NCBI RefSeq assembly: GCF_963921235.1
Contig: NC_086119.1
Span: 13,826,001 to 13,890,000 of the forward strand
DNA: 64,000 nucleotides
DNA from: Mobula hypostoma
Lineage: Eukaryota
Direction: 5' to 3'
Of the stretch, positions 1 to 11,789 are shown piece after piece (positions within the stretch are counted from its first letter, which is position 1; every line of letters begins with the position of its first letter). The notes beneath the pieces were generated by a model that was given only the letters and a program-made list of their open reading frames with translations, was not told the DNA's origin and searched no databases. Position numbers and translations under genes: made by a program.

Positions 1-1110
1 TAGTTTTATCCACGTGCCTATCCAAGAATTTCTTAAATAAGCCTAATGTATCTGCCTCTACCAGCAGGCCTAGCAAGGCGTTCCAATCACTCACCACTCT
101 GTGTGCGGGGAAAGAAACTTACCTCTGACAACCCCCATATACTTCAATCACCTTAAAAGGATGCCCTGAGAAAAAGTCTCTGACTATCCACTCAAATGCC
201 TCTTGTCATCTTGTACACCTCCATCAACCATGACCTACCAACTGATGCCTGGTTTGGGTTTCTTCAAACTTTCTCTAAACAATGAACCGAGGGGCTAAAC
301 TCCAGAGTTGAGGAGACAGTGACTGCTATTGACAACAAGCCAATATTTTACCGAGTGTGACGAAAGGTAGCCCTGGTCTCTAGTGGAAAAGATCTTTCTC
401 GTTGGAGTCATACCTTACACAAGGATAATTGTTATGGTTGGCAAGGGTCAATCAACCCAGACCCAATTTATCACAGTAGGAGTTGTCAGGACCACCCATC
501 TTCCCCTGCTTCATTGGTAGCTTTTAGTCACACAGTCAGCAGTGGGACATTCAAAATGTTCACTTCTGCAATTCCTCAGTGAATGAACCAGCCCATGCCA
601 GTATGCGTTGAGACTGGACGACATCCAGGACTGGGCCAAGTTAAATGCACACCACTAAAGATCCATGCTGAACATCTCCAGCAAGAGAGAGCCTAACCAC
701 CCACATTTGACATTCAGTGTCATTGCTTCAGCTGCATACCCCACCATCACCATTGACCAGAAACTCAAATGGTCACTCCCGGAACCCCAAAATCTTTCCA
801 CCATCTACAAGGCAGGAGCATGCTGGAATACAAATGAAAGGCTTCCTGAACCCCAATGCCTTTCCACCATCTTACAAGGTACAAGTCAGGAGCACGATGG
901 AACATTCTCCGTCTGCATGAGTAAGCGCGGTTTGCTCAGCTCTTCAAGTCAGCATCATTCAGGACCAAGCACACGACTTGATTTGCACACGGTGGCTACA
1001 GTGTGCACCATCTGCAAGATGTAGTGTGGTTACTTGCCCAGTGACCTTCCAAAACCACAACGTCTACCAACAAGAAATAAAAAGTTGGTAGGTACATGAC
1101 CTTGCATGTC
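1..1110. mobile_element. Old CR1-type LINE fragments (3' end on minus ~1-240; degenerate RT on plus ~370-1110)
   Basis: Similar to CR1 3' tails and RT segments elsewhere in the window; heavily decayed. Confidence 0.5.
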
Positions 1111-1340
1111 CTCCTCCAATGCTCTTACTTGCCCGATCGCCTACCAACCTCACGATGACTACCAACAAGAACTAAAAGGTTGGCAAGTACCAGACTAATA
1201 AACCAGGTACCTAATACAATTGCCTATATTTAGGACTACCTGCCAATTAAATTATACATTGCTATAGAGTTGTGGCTATAATCAACTACACTTTGTGGCT
1301 TTCGATATTAAAACTGAGCACTCAACTATATATATTTAAT

Positions 1341-2510
1341 GTCTTCATTTTTTAAAGAAAGGGGCTTCCCTTCCTCCACTATCAACTCTGCTCTTAAACG
1401 CATCTCCTCCATTTCACGTACATCTGCTCTCACTCCATCCTCCCACCACCCCACTAGGAATAGGGTTCCCCTGGTCCTCACCTACCACCCCACCAGCCTC
1501 CGGGTCCAACATATTATTCTCCGTAACTTCCGCCACCTCCAACGGGATCCCACCACTAAGCACATCTTTCCCTCCCCCCCTCTCTCTGCATTCCGCAGGG
1601 ATCGCTCCCTACACAACTCCCTTGTCCATTCGTCCCCCCCATCCCTCCCCACTGATCTCCCTCCCGGCACTTATCCGTGTAAGCGGAACAAGTGCTACAC
1701 GTGCCCTTACACTTCCTCCCTTACCACCATTCAGGGCCCCAAACAGTCCTTCCAGGTGAGGCATCACTTCACCTGTGAGTCGACTGGGGTGATATACTGC
1801 GTCCGGTGCTCCCGATGTGGCCTTTTATATATTGGTGAGACCCGACGCAGACTGGGAGACCGCTTTGTTGAACATCTACGCTCTGTCCGCCAGAGAAAGC
1901 AGGATCTCCCAGTGGCCACACATTTTAATTCCACATCCCATTCCCATTCTGACATGTCTATCCACGGCCTCCTCTACTGTAAAGATGAAGCCACACTCAG
2001 GTTGGAGGAACAACACCTTATATTCCGTCTGGGTAGCCTCCAACCTGATGGCATGAACGTTGACTTCTCTAACTTCCGCTAGGCCCCACCTCCCCCTCGT
2101 ACCCCAGCTGTTACTCATTTTTATGCACACATTCTTTCTCTCACTCTCCTTTTTCTCCCTCTGTCCCTCTGAATATACCTCTTGCCCATCCTCTGGGTCA
2201 CCCCCCCCCGTCTTTCTCCCTAGGCCTCCTGTCCCATGATCCTCTCGTATCCCCTTTTGCCTATCACCTGTCCAGCTCTCGGCTCTATCCCTCCCCCTCC
2301 TGTCTTCTCCTATCATTTTGCATCTCCCCCTCCCCCTCCAGCTTTCAAATCCCTTACTCACTCTTCCTTCAGTTAGTCCTGACGAAGGGTCTCGGCCTGA
2401 AACGTCGACTGCGCCTCTTCCTATAGATGCTGCTTGGCCTGCTGCGTTCACCAGCAACTTTGATGTATGTTGCTTGAATTTCCAGCATCTGCAGAATTCC
2501 TGTTGTTTGC
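1341..2510 (+). mobile_element. Young 5'-truncated Penelope-like retroelement (GIY-YIG endonuclease C-terminus plus 3' region)
   Basis: ORF 1339-2082 with C-x-x-x-x-C-x-x-C linker and GVIYCVRC..LYIGET.RRL..RF.EH GIY-YIG motifs; 13-bp TSD atatatatttaat (1328-1340 / 2511-2523). Confidence 0.92.
2375..2410 (+). ncRNA. Minimal type I hammerhead ribozyme in PLE
   Basis: AGTC-CTGACGA-AGG(gtctcgg)CCT-GAAA-CG-TC-GACT: helix I AGTC/GACT, intact core, palindromic ACGT helix III, GUC cleavage triplet. Confidence 0.8.
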
Positions 2511-2954
2511 ATATATATTTAATTGTCCTTAAAATGATTAGTTATGGAACCAGACATTGGAGTTTTATAAACTGAAGAGATCAGAGCTGAGAACTTGTGT
2601 ACAGTGCATATCATTAATGTTCTTTAAGTTGTATGGGTGATTCATCCAGTTTCTTCAATAGGAAGCCTTAAATGTTTAATCAGAGTATTTATTGAAACAT
2701 TGTGTTGGTCGTTGAGCTCGGGGCAGAGTTGAGCATGCATCCATGCTCATGGTAATTAGTTGATTGCATGACAAAGAAATGCAATTTAATCAGAGCCTGT
2801 TTTCTAAAGGTTTTTATGCCTAGTGCTCACAGTATTCTAGATGTAGTCTGACCATTGCTTTATAAAATCTATTACATCTTGCTTTTGTATTCTAGTCCTC
2901 TCAAAATGAATGCTAACATTGCATCTGCCTTCCTTAACCTTTAGGGAACCCTAC

Positions 2955-3170
2955 AACATCATCATTATGCGCCACACTGTATCACGTGGGCAATCATGCC
3001 TTATGACCATGATTGTTCAGGGTAAACTTTTCTACAGAAGTGGTTTGCCATTGTTTTTTTCTGGGCAGTGTCTTTACAAGACAGGTAACCCCAGCCATTA
3101 TCAATACTCCTCAGGGATACCCGGTGTCAGTAGTCACATAACCAAGACTTGTGATATGTACTAGCTGCTC
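2955..3170 (-). mobile_element. RTE-tail SINE fragment (same family as 26755-27110; further pieces at ~3700 and 3820-3915)
   Basis: Reverse complement shares gcaatggcaaaccacttctgtagaaaaa with the copy at 26755-27110. Confidence 0.6.
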
Positions 3171-4589
3171 ATACTGTCAGGGTGTATTCTGGAGTTATGG
3201 TATATAGCAAATACTAATTTCAACAGCAGCCAGTCTTCAGACCTGAATGTGGACTGTAGATTGTTCATTGTTCAGAGCTGCACTTTAAATTCAATGATAT
3301 TCCTGGAGCTGCAGTTTGGGATTGACTGCAAACAAATAAACACTCTATTTGAACTCAGGTGCCTGTATGTGCATGAATACAGCCCACAGTCAGTGGGAAT
3401 TAACATTCATTTTGGGTGGTTGGAACGTAGGTGTGAAGATAGAGGAATCTGAAAATTATATGTAATTCAAAGGAAGCATTGTAGATACATAGTAACTACA
3501 GAATTGTCCTGCTGTTACTTTTACTACTACTACTACTACTACATAGTACCTTTGATCTTTAGCATATAAAAATATCATGTAATATTGGGTCAGGCAGACC
3601 TCTTCTTCCAAAAATGTCTCAAGTGTGATGCCTACTGTTTGTTTTGCTGAATAACTTCTCTATCTGCTAGCATCATTGCCTCTCCAGTGACTTTGTTCAG
3701 TCACAAGCCATGGGAGCAGGTGGTGGATGATTGTATTGTTGTGACTGTGAATAAAGTCACTGGAGAGGCACTGACGCTAGTGGATTATAGAAGCATTAAT
3801 TCAGCAAAGGTGAGGGGACTAATCAGGTGCTACACCTTTCCCAAAGGTGACCTGAAGGCTAGCCGAGGAAAGGAGTGCCTTACACCTCCTTTGGCAGAGA
3901 TGTATCTCCACCCCACCACCCAAATCCTACACCAGGACTCCCAAATCCCTTTGCACTTCAGATTTTTGTATTCAATTCTGAGATTGTTTCTACCTGCAGT
4001 GAATGCTGCAAGTCTGGAAGAAAGTCGGTAAAGAACGGACAGGAGTGGAAAAATCACAGCAATGTTCTGTTGGAATAGAACAGTACAGCATCAGGAACAG
4101 GCATCTCACCCCACAACGTCCATGCCAGTTTAAACAACAAATCTGCCTGCACATGATCTGCATCCCAGCATTGCCTCCCAGTTCATTCACCTGTCTACAT
4201 ACCTGTTAATCACTGCTATCTTATCAAAGAATGGCTCTCTGAAGAGAGGTCAAGGCCAGAAAGAGCAGTCTAGACAGATTATAGACAGGGGGGGAAAGGG
4301 TTTGCAGTCTTGGGATAGAGAAATGGGCACGGAGGCGGCAGAAGAAAGGAACAACGTCAGATCGGGGCTCAGATGGGATTAGGGCAATTCGGAGTGATCA
4401 ATGCTGAACTTGACAGTGAAGCCCAGATATCCGGCAATGAACTGGGAAATGAGCGGCCACGGAGTCGCCTTGTGAGTGGAAGGACAGGCTGATCCCGATG
4501 TGCGGCGAAGACCTGGTGAAACATTCCCCGAAGACGAGGGTAAGAACAGGTACTGATCCAGCATTAGTTGGTCCGTCCGCAGTGAGGGT

Positions 4590-4685
4590 GCTGCCGGCGC
4601 CGGCTCCGCCTCCGCCCCGCCCTGCTGCCAATCGCCTGAGCCCGGGATGAGGCCACTCAGCCGCGGTCCCACTCCCGACAACGCC
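4590..4685 (+). promoter_or_regulatory. TMEM97 proximal promoter (GC boxes and CCAAT)
   Basis: Tandem GC boxes ggctccgcctccgccccgccc (~4601-4621) and gccaatc (~4627-4633) just upstream of the ATG in CpG-rich sequence. Confidence 0.65.
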
Positions 4686-4805
4686 ATGGCTTCCCCCGGG
4701 CGGCTGCTCGAGCGCATCTTCTGCTTCTACTTCGTCACTCACATCCCCATCACCCTGGCTATCGACCTGCAGGCCCTGTTACCCCGCTGGATGTTCCCGG
4801 CTGCG
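4686..4805 (+). CDS. TMEM97: TMEM97 (sigma-2 receptor) coding exon 1
   Basis: gccATGG Kozak; translates MASPGRLLERIFCFYFVTHIPITLAIDLQALLPRWMFPAA (40 codons, HIPIT..D motif); donor GCG|gtgagt at 4806; lies in a GC/CpG-rich region. Confidence 0.95.
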
Positions 4806-4882
4806 GTGAGTCCCTGACACCGGCCTCCGGCCATGTCCCCGCTCGCTCCGGGATCACGGGCTCTTTGTTGGGATGGTGGTCC

Positions 4883-4930
4883 GGAGGATCGGAGGATCGG
4901 AGGATCGGAGGATCGGAGGATCGGAGGATC
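4883..4930 (+). repeat. (GGAGGATC)6 tandem repeat
   Basis: Six perfect 8-bp copies, 77 nt into TMEM97 intron 1. Confidence 0.95.
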
Positions 4931-5024
4931 GATGTACCTCATCCCTCGTCCTCCCGGACCGCTTCCCCCGTGCCGGCTTTTAACAGAAAGCTTTGTTTTA
5001 TCCTGGTGTCCATGACAGGATTCT

Positions 5025-6013
5025 CGGACCGGTGCCAATGGGAGGGCATTCATTGGACAGATTTCAATGGGCGAGTTTTCATTGGACAGATTCCAGTGGG
5101 AGGGTTTTCATTGGACAGATTTCAATGGGAGGATTTTCATTGGACAGATTTCAGTGGGTGGGTTTTCATTGGACCGGTGTCTGTGGGAGGGTTTTCATTG
5201 GACCGGCTTCTATGGGGGGGTTTCATGGACTAGTGTCTGTGGGAGGGTTTTCATTGGACCGGTATCTGTGGGAAGGTTTTCATTGGACCGGTGTCTGTGG
5301 GAGGGTTTTCATTGGACCGGTGTCTGTGGGAGGGTTTTCATTGGACCGGCTTCTATGGGAGGGTTTTCATTGGACAGATTTCAGTGGGTGGGTTTTCATT
5401 GGACCAGTATCTGTGGGAAGGTTTTCATTGGACCAGTGTCTGTGGGAGGGTTTTCATTGGACCGGTATCTGTGGGAAGGTTTTCATTGGACCGGTGTCTG
5501 TGGGAGGGTTTTCATTGGACCGGTGTCTGTGGGAGGGTTTTCATTGGACCGGCTTCTATGGGAGGGTTTTCACTGGACAGATTTCAGTGGGTGGGTTTTC
5601 ATTGGACCGGTATCTGTGGGAAGGTTTTCATTGGACCGGTGTCTGTGGGAGGGTTTTCATTGGACCGGTGTCTGTGGGAGGGTTTTCATTGGACCGGCTT
5701 CTATGGGAGGGTTTTCATTGGACCGATGTCTGTGGAGGGTTTTCATTGGACCGGTGTCTGTGGGAGGGTTTTCATTGGACTGGTGTCTGTGGGAGGGTTT
5801 TCATTGGACCGGTGTCTGTGGAGGGTTTTCATTGGACCGGTGTCTGTGGGAGGGTTTTCATTGGACCGGTGTCTGTGAAGGGTTTTCATTGGACCGGTGT
5901 CTGTGGTAGGGTTTTCATTGGACCGGTGTCTGTGGGAGGGTTTTCATTGGACCGGTGTCTGTGGAAGGGTTTTCATTGGACCGGTGTCTGTGGGAAGGTT
6001 TCCGTTGGACCAG
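5025..6013 (+). repeat. 29-bp minisatellite, about 34 units, in TMEM97 intron 1
   Basis: Consensus TTTTCATTGGACCGGTGTCTGTGGGAGGG; period 29 (cattgg at 5281 and 5310); explains the repetitive ORFs in all three plus frames. Confidence 0.97.
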
Positions 6014-6014
6014 T

Positions 6015-6710
6015 TCAATACACACAATGCACTGGAGGAGCTCAGCAGGTCAAGCTGATCTTGGATGGGAGTAAACAGTTGAAGTTTCAGGCCAACGCCC
6101 TTCACTAGTTTCTTTGGAAGGGTTGTCATTGGGCACGCACACAAAATGTTGAAAGAATTCAGCAGGCCAGGCAGTATCTATGGGGAGAAATGATCAGATG
6201 ACATTTCCAGCAAATGTCCCCTATCCAAGATCCACAGACCTAACTGCCTCAGTAGATCCATTGTTTCTATTGCTCCTGTCCCACTGAATGCATCGATTCC
6301 AGTTTGGTTCAGTCTCTTCCCACCTACATCCATGACGTTTCACATGATGCCCATAACTTCAAAGACTCTTGAGTTCCCTGGCCCTGACCTCCTTATTTTT
6401 ACCTTGGACATCCAGTCCCTGTACACTTGCAACCTCTATTTAAAAAGGCCTTTAAGGCCTCCGCTCCTTTCTTGACACCAGACCTAATCAGTTCCCTCAA
6501 CTCCACACTCCTCTGTCTGGTAGAACTGGTCCTCAACCTCAACAACTTCTCTTTCGCCTCCTCCCAGTTTCTAACAGAAGCATCCTGATGAAGTCTGAGA
6601 CGTCATCTGTTGATTTCCCTCCATACACGTCACCTGAACTACTGAGTTCCTCCAGCATTTTGTGTGCATTGCTCAAGGTGGCTAGTATTAGTGGAATCTG
6701 TTGTGTCAGA
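6015..6710. mobile_element. Old rearranged PLE remnant (inverted 3' ends around an RT fragment)
   Basis: PLE 3' end on minus at 6015-6200, RT motif FPGPDLLIFTLDIQSLYT at ~6375-6428, plus-strand 3' end 6583-6710. Confidence 0.6.
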
Positions 6711-7450
6711 GTTTTCATTAGATTCGTTTCTGAGAGCCAGCTCCCTTTGGACCAGTTTTCGAGTTCATGGACCCCCCTGATCTTTGGAGCCTGCTGTTGT
6801 GTCCGTCCTGAGGATTAAACCATAAGACATAGGAGCAGATTAGGTGATTTGGCCCATAGTGTCCATTCCACCATGGCTGATTTATTATCTCTCCCAGCTC
6901 CATCTCCCTGCTTTCACCCTGTGATGTTTGATGCCTTACTAATCAAGAAACTATCAACCTCTGCTTTAAATAGACCCAATGACTTGGACTCCACAGCCGT
7001 CTGTGGCAATGAATTCCACAGATCTCCGTCCAAGCTTTATTTTCCTGCCCCTCCCACACCCCATAGTCTCCAAGGAAGCCCCAAACTGCTTATTGAACAG
7101 TAAGGAAACCCAACTCAAAGCCAGGTAACTTCATTATCAACATTTTACAGTAGGCAAACAATTCAACCTAGTGGAATTCTATTGGCCTAGTGAAGCTATC
7201 ATTTAAAATCTGGTGAATAAACAAACTGATTAGGCGTATGGGAATCTGGCAGTCACTGTGAGTGTGATGCTGTTGTCCTACCGCTTGTAATGTACGTCAT
7301 GTTCAACTGGTCCGTGGTAGTAATGATTGTTGAACTTTGGTTTGTTTACGCTAAATATCGACCCAGTCACACTTTGGAAAAACTTTTGAGGCTGAAGAAA
7401 CTTCTGCAAGTTTGGAATTTTTTTTAAAAATCTTACATTTCTTTCCCCAG

Positions 7451-7595
7451 TTGCAAGGCTTAGTAAAGTGGTATGCAGTTCAGTTCAGAGACCCAATGAT
7501 GATGGATCCACCAACATGGTTCAATACATTCGTTCTTTGTGAAGCATTGCTACAGTTGCCTTTCTTTCCTGTTGCAGCTTATGCTTTCTACAAAG
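7451..7595 (+). CDS. TMEM97: TMEM97 coding exon 2
   Basis: Acceptor ctttccccag; LQGLVKWYAVQFRDPMMMDPPTWFNTFVLCEALLQLPFFPVAAYAFYK+G (145 nt); donor G|gtcagt; EXPERA-domain acidic residues present (D54, E71; D27 is in exon 1). Confidence 0.96.
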
Positions 7596-8640
7596 GTCAG
7601 TACAGTATCTATTTCTCTTTGTGCAATTCACTTGAGTTTTCATAGCCTACAGACTCACTTTCAAGGACTCTACAAATTCATGTTCTCAGTATTTTTTTAC
7701 AGTACATATATCTTTTAATTTGCACAATTTTTCTCCTTTTGAACATTGGTTATCAGTCTTTGTTTATGTATAATTTTTCATAAATGTGATTATATTTCTT
7801 TATTTTTCTCATGAATGCCTGCAAGAAAATGAATCTGAAAGTAATGTGACATGTATGACCTTTGATAATAAATTTACTTTGAACTCATTTGTAACTCATA
7901 AACAGGATATCAGTTAGGATAATATCAATTTAGATTATCATCACAGCCACAACTTTTGCAGTCGTAAGATTGTTTTATTTTATACCAATTGAAAACATTG
8001 AACAATAAACCACTTTGGGTACCTTTATTGTTGCAGTAATTACTATTGTAATATGTTTCTTTGTCTTTTGATATTATATTCCCAGTGCATTTCCCTAATT
8101 ATAGAGAAGAAACAATTAGGAAGAAAATCCTTCATCTCTCTGTTCATTTCTTTACTATTTAATTTGTTGATTTTTTAAAAATTTCCAAATTAATTGTACT
8201 TGGCTTGCCTTTGTTATTAACTATGCTAAAAACTCTGCATTGATCTATCCCATTAAATAAAAACTCCCTTGCTTTGCTAGCACTAATGAATTCCATGCTT
8301 ATCTTATTCAGTCAAGCTTCGCTGTTTGCTGATTCCGAAGTTTTCATTATTTTGAGTACATTTATCTCCTGTTTGCTTGATTTTAACTCTCTAGTCATAA
8401 TTAATTTCTCTCATTTTCAGAATCCTATATATAAGTGATTACGTTGCACTTCTCTGCTGTAGTATTTCTTAAACCCCCATTTGAACGTAATGTCCAAAAT
8501 TGGATACATTTCATCAGTGAAAATCTCTTTAAAGTCAGAGTCAGAATTAGGTTTAATATCACCAGCATATGTCGTGAAATTTGTTTTCTCTGCAGCAGCA
8601 GTGCATTGCAATACATAATAATAGGAAAAAACATGAATTA

Positions 8641-8791
8641 NNNNNNNNNNNNNNNNNNNNNNNNNNNNNNNNNNNNNNNNNNNNNNNNNNNNNNNNNNNN
8701 NNNNNNNNNNNNNNNNNNNNNNNNNNNNNNNNNNNNNNNNNNNNNNNNNNNNNNNNNNNNNNNNNNNNNNNNNNNNNNNNNNNNNNNNNNN
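8641..8791. other. Assembly gap (151 N) inside a Rex1-type 3' tail (~8530-8940, minus)
   Basis: N run; both flanks look like parts of one repeat tail. Confidence 0.9.
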
Positions 8792-9319
8792 GTGCAAAAA
8801 TAGAAATTTAAAAAGTAGTGAGGTATTGTTCATGGGTTCAAGGCCCATTCAGGAATCGGATGGCAGAGGGGAAGAAACTGTTCCTGAATTGTTGAGTGTG
8901 TATCTGCTTCCCGATGGTAACAATGCAAAGAGGGCATGACCTTATTGTTCTCATTGTACAGGTTAACTATCTTCTATGCTTTTAAACCTGGGGCTACACG
9001 TGATAAAGGAAACTTCAGACTACAATCATACCAGCACTCCTTTGTTCAGTTAAAATGGGAGACACATATGTTCCTCTTCCACTCTACAATGCTGTAATTC
9101 AGCGAGAGAATTTCATTAAACCTACATTTTCAATAGTAGTTTCTGATGGGTCGCATTGACATGTGGAATTTGTATCTGGTACAACATTCCAGGGACTTTG
9201 AAATAGCTTTGCATTCAATTGATGTGTCAACCATTTTGAATAAATGGTTTACTTGAATATAACACAATCTCTAATTTCAGGGTGTAATCGAAATTTAGAT
9301 ATTTTGTTCCAAGCAGTTC

Positions 9320-10310
9320 AAAACGTTGACTGTACCTCTTCCTAGAGATGCTGCCTGGCCTGCTGCGTTCACCAGCAACTTTTATGTCTGTTGCTTGAAA
9401 TTCCAGCATCTGCAGATTTCCTCATATTTGAGTTCAAAGTTCAAAGTTTTTTTAAATCAGAGTGCATATACGTCACTGTATATAACCCTGAGATTCATTT
9501 TCCTGCTGGCATGCTCAGAATATCTATAGAATAGTAACAGGATCAATGAAAGATTAACCTGAGGACAAATTGTGCAAATGCAAATATAAATAAATAATGA
9601 GAATGTGAAATAACTAGATAAGAAGTCCTTAAAGTGGGATCATTGGTTGTGGGAACATCTCCATGGATGGGCAAGTGAGTGAAGTTATCTCCTCTGGTTC
9701 AAGAGCCTGATGATTGAGGGGTAGCAATTGTTCCTGAACCTGATGGTGTGAGTCCTGAGGCTCCTGTGGAGAGGAGTTCCCCAGCTCCTCTCTGATGCTG
9801 CACAGTTTCTTGACATTGACACATCACTGCAGAATTTAAATTTTACTGTCCTCATCTCTATAATGATTTTGAACACTTCTCCTTGATTTTCTCCTGACCA
9901 TCTGACAACCGTCTGTAATGAAGTATCTCAATCTCTCACTGCACAAGACCATGAGAAAATAGGAGCAAGAAAAGGTTACCAGTCCATCCATCACAGGCAA
10001 AGCCCTCCCCACTATTGAGTTCATTTACATGGAGCGCTGCCACAAGAAAGCAGCGCCCATCAACAAACACCCCCTCCATCAAGGCCTTACCTGCTTCTCA
10101 CTACTACCATTGGGCAGGAGGTAAAGAAGCCTTAGGTCCCACAGCACCAGGTTCATAAATAGTTACTACCCTACAACCATCAGGCTCCTGAGCCAGCATG
10201 GGTAACTTCATCGGGCACTACTACTATATACTCTGTGTATACTTTTTTTGTAAATTCTTTTTTCCTGTAAATGCCTGCAAGAAAATGAATCTCAAGGTAG
10301 CGTATGGCGG
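9320..10310. mobile_element. PLE 3' stub (9320-9430) plus Rex1/Babar-type LINE 3' fragments in both orientations
   Basis: PLE terminal sequence close to 2400-2500; Rex1-type tail also seen at 19765-20100 and 60550-60970. Confidence 0.6.
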
Positions 10311-10521
10311 CATGACAGAAAAATGAAGGGCTATGTAGGAGGTCAGAGTTAGATAGATCTTATAGTAGGTTGAAAGGTTGGCACAACATCATGGGCCAAA
10401 GGGCCTATACTGTGCTGTAATGTTCTACATTCTACATACACACTGATAATAAATTTACTTTGAACTTTGAACCCTTCCCCCACTGCTCCCATTCATCCCC
10501 ACCCACCCAACTATTCAATAT

Positions 10522-10824
10522 AAAGGCATCCGTTAGTCTTGCAAGACCATGGGTCTGCGCCTGGAAAGTCTTCACGCTCCAGGGCGCAGGCCCTGGGCAA
10601 GGTTGTATGGAAGACCAGCAGCTGCCCATGCTGCAAGTCTCCCCTCTCCACGACACCAATGTTGTCCAAGGGAAGGGCATTAGGACCTTGGCACCAGTGT
10701 CGTCGCAGAGCAATGTGTGATTAAGTGCCTTGCTCAAGGATACAACACGTTGCCTTGGTTGGGGCTTGAACTCACGACCTTCAGGTCACTAGACCAATGC
10801 TTTAACCACTTGGCCACGTGCCCA
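10522..10824 (-). mobile_element. tRNA-head SINE with CORE-like body and RTE-like tail
   Basis: 14-bp TSD caactattcaatat (10508-10521 / 10825-10838); A and B boxes; near-identical to 14853-15158. Confidence 0.88.
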
Positions 10825-11079
10825 CAACTATTCAATATGATCTATGCTAACCTCAACCCCTCATTTGTGCAAGTTCCCTGTAGCCCTCAATTCCTTGATC
10901 TTCCAAATATCCAGCTCTACCTTAAATATAATGAACTCGGAGCAGAGAATCCCAGAGATTCGCCACCCTCTGTGAGATGAAACTTCCTCGCAGAAGTCCC
11001 GTGCAGCTATTTTCCCCTTGCCCGTGACTGTCCCAATACCGAAAACATTTCCACATCTATCCTGTCAAGTTACCTTACG

Positions 11080-11760
11080 GGCAGCACAGTGCCTGCGATC
11101 GCCAGTCGGGGCTCAATTTCCACCTGCTGCCTGTAAGGAGTTTGTGAATTCTCCCTGTGACGGTGAGGGTTTCCTCTGGTTTCCACCTACATTTCAAAGA
11201 TGTACGGGTTAGGGATGATAGGTTGTGACCATGCTACGTTAGTGTTGAAAGCATGGCGTGAGCTGCCTCCAGCACAACCCTTAGACTGTAGGATCGTTGA
11301 ACCAAATGAACACATTTCATTGTACGTGTGACAAATAAAGCTAATCTCTTTACTATGTTTAATGAGATCACTCCTTATTCTTCTAAGCTCAAGGAATACA
11401 GTCCAAAACTGTCCAGCCTCTCTTAATAGGTGCCAATAGCTCAGTCGGTAACACTAGAGCCTCTTAATCTCAGGGTTGCGGTTTCGAGCCGCGTGTTGGG
11501 CGAAGGATCTCTGGGTAATGTAGCAGTTAGCGTAACGCTATGACAGCGCCAGCAACCCGGGTTCATTTCCCACCGCCATCTGTAAGGAGTTTGTACATTC
11601 TCTCTCTAACCACGCGGGTTTCCACCCGGTGCTCTGGTTTCCTCCCACATTCCAAAGACGTGCAGGTTAAAAGGTTATTGGGTCACGTGTGTAATTACCC
11701 GATATGGGCTCATTGGGCCAGAAGGGCCTGTTACTGTACTGTATCTCTAAACAAGTTAAA
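11080..11760 (+). mobile_element. Two V-SINE (HE1-like) copies (~11080-11350, ~11510-11760)
   Basis: V-domain tgtaaggagtttgta...ggtttcctcccacattccaaagac; more copies at ~16830-17110(-), 18485-18640, 20520-20750, 24735-25030, 34115-34420, 38660-38930, 45160-45460, 58370-58580(-). Confidence 0.75.
11432..11502 (+). pseudogene. tRNA-Lys(CTT) pseudogene
   Basis: tagctcagtcggta ... ctCTTaatctcagggt ... ttcgagcc ... gttgggcg follows vertebrate tRNA-Lys-CTT, but the acceptor and D stems are disrupted. Confidence 0.75.
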
Positions 11761-11789
11761 ATGAATGCATTGATAGGACAGTTAGAGGA

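Noticed and set aside
1339-2082. Host GIY-YIG nuclease gene
   Set aside because: Bounded by a TSD, 5'-truncated, ATG overlaps the TSD junction, and multiple copies occur in the window.
2318-2575. Recurrent peptide SPDEGSRPETST as a conserved small protein family
   Set aside because: It is the translation of the conserved hammerhead nucleotide motif in PLE 3' regions.
5025-6013. CRISPR-like array of 29-bp repeats
   Set aside because: Units are contiguous with no unique spacers, there are no cas genes, and the context is a vertebrate intron.
4993-6108. 371-, 280- and 195-aa repetitive ORFs
   Set aside because: Artefact of a stop-free 29-bp repeat cycling through all three frames; no splice or homology support.
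8417-8848. ORFs spanning the N run
   Set aside because: Open only because of the assembly gap.
11432-11502. Functional tRNA-Lys gene
   Set aside because: Acceptor and D stems are disrupted and no oligo-T terminator follows.
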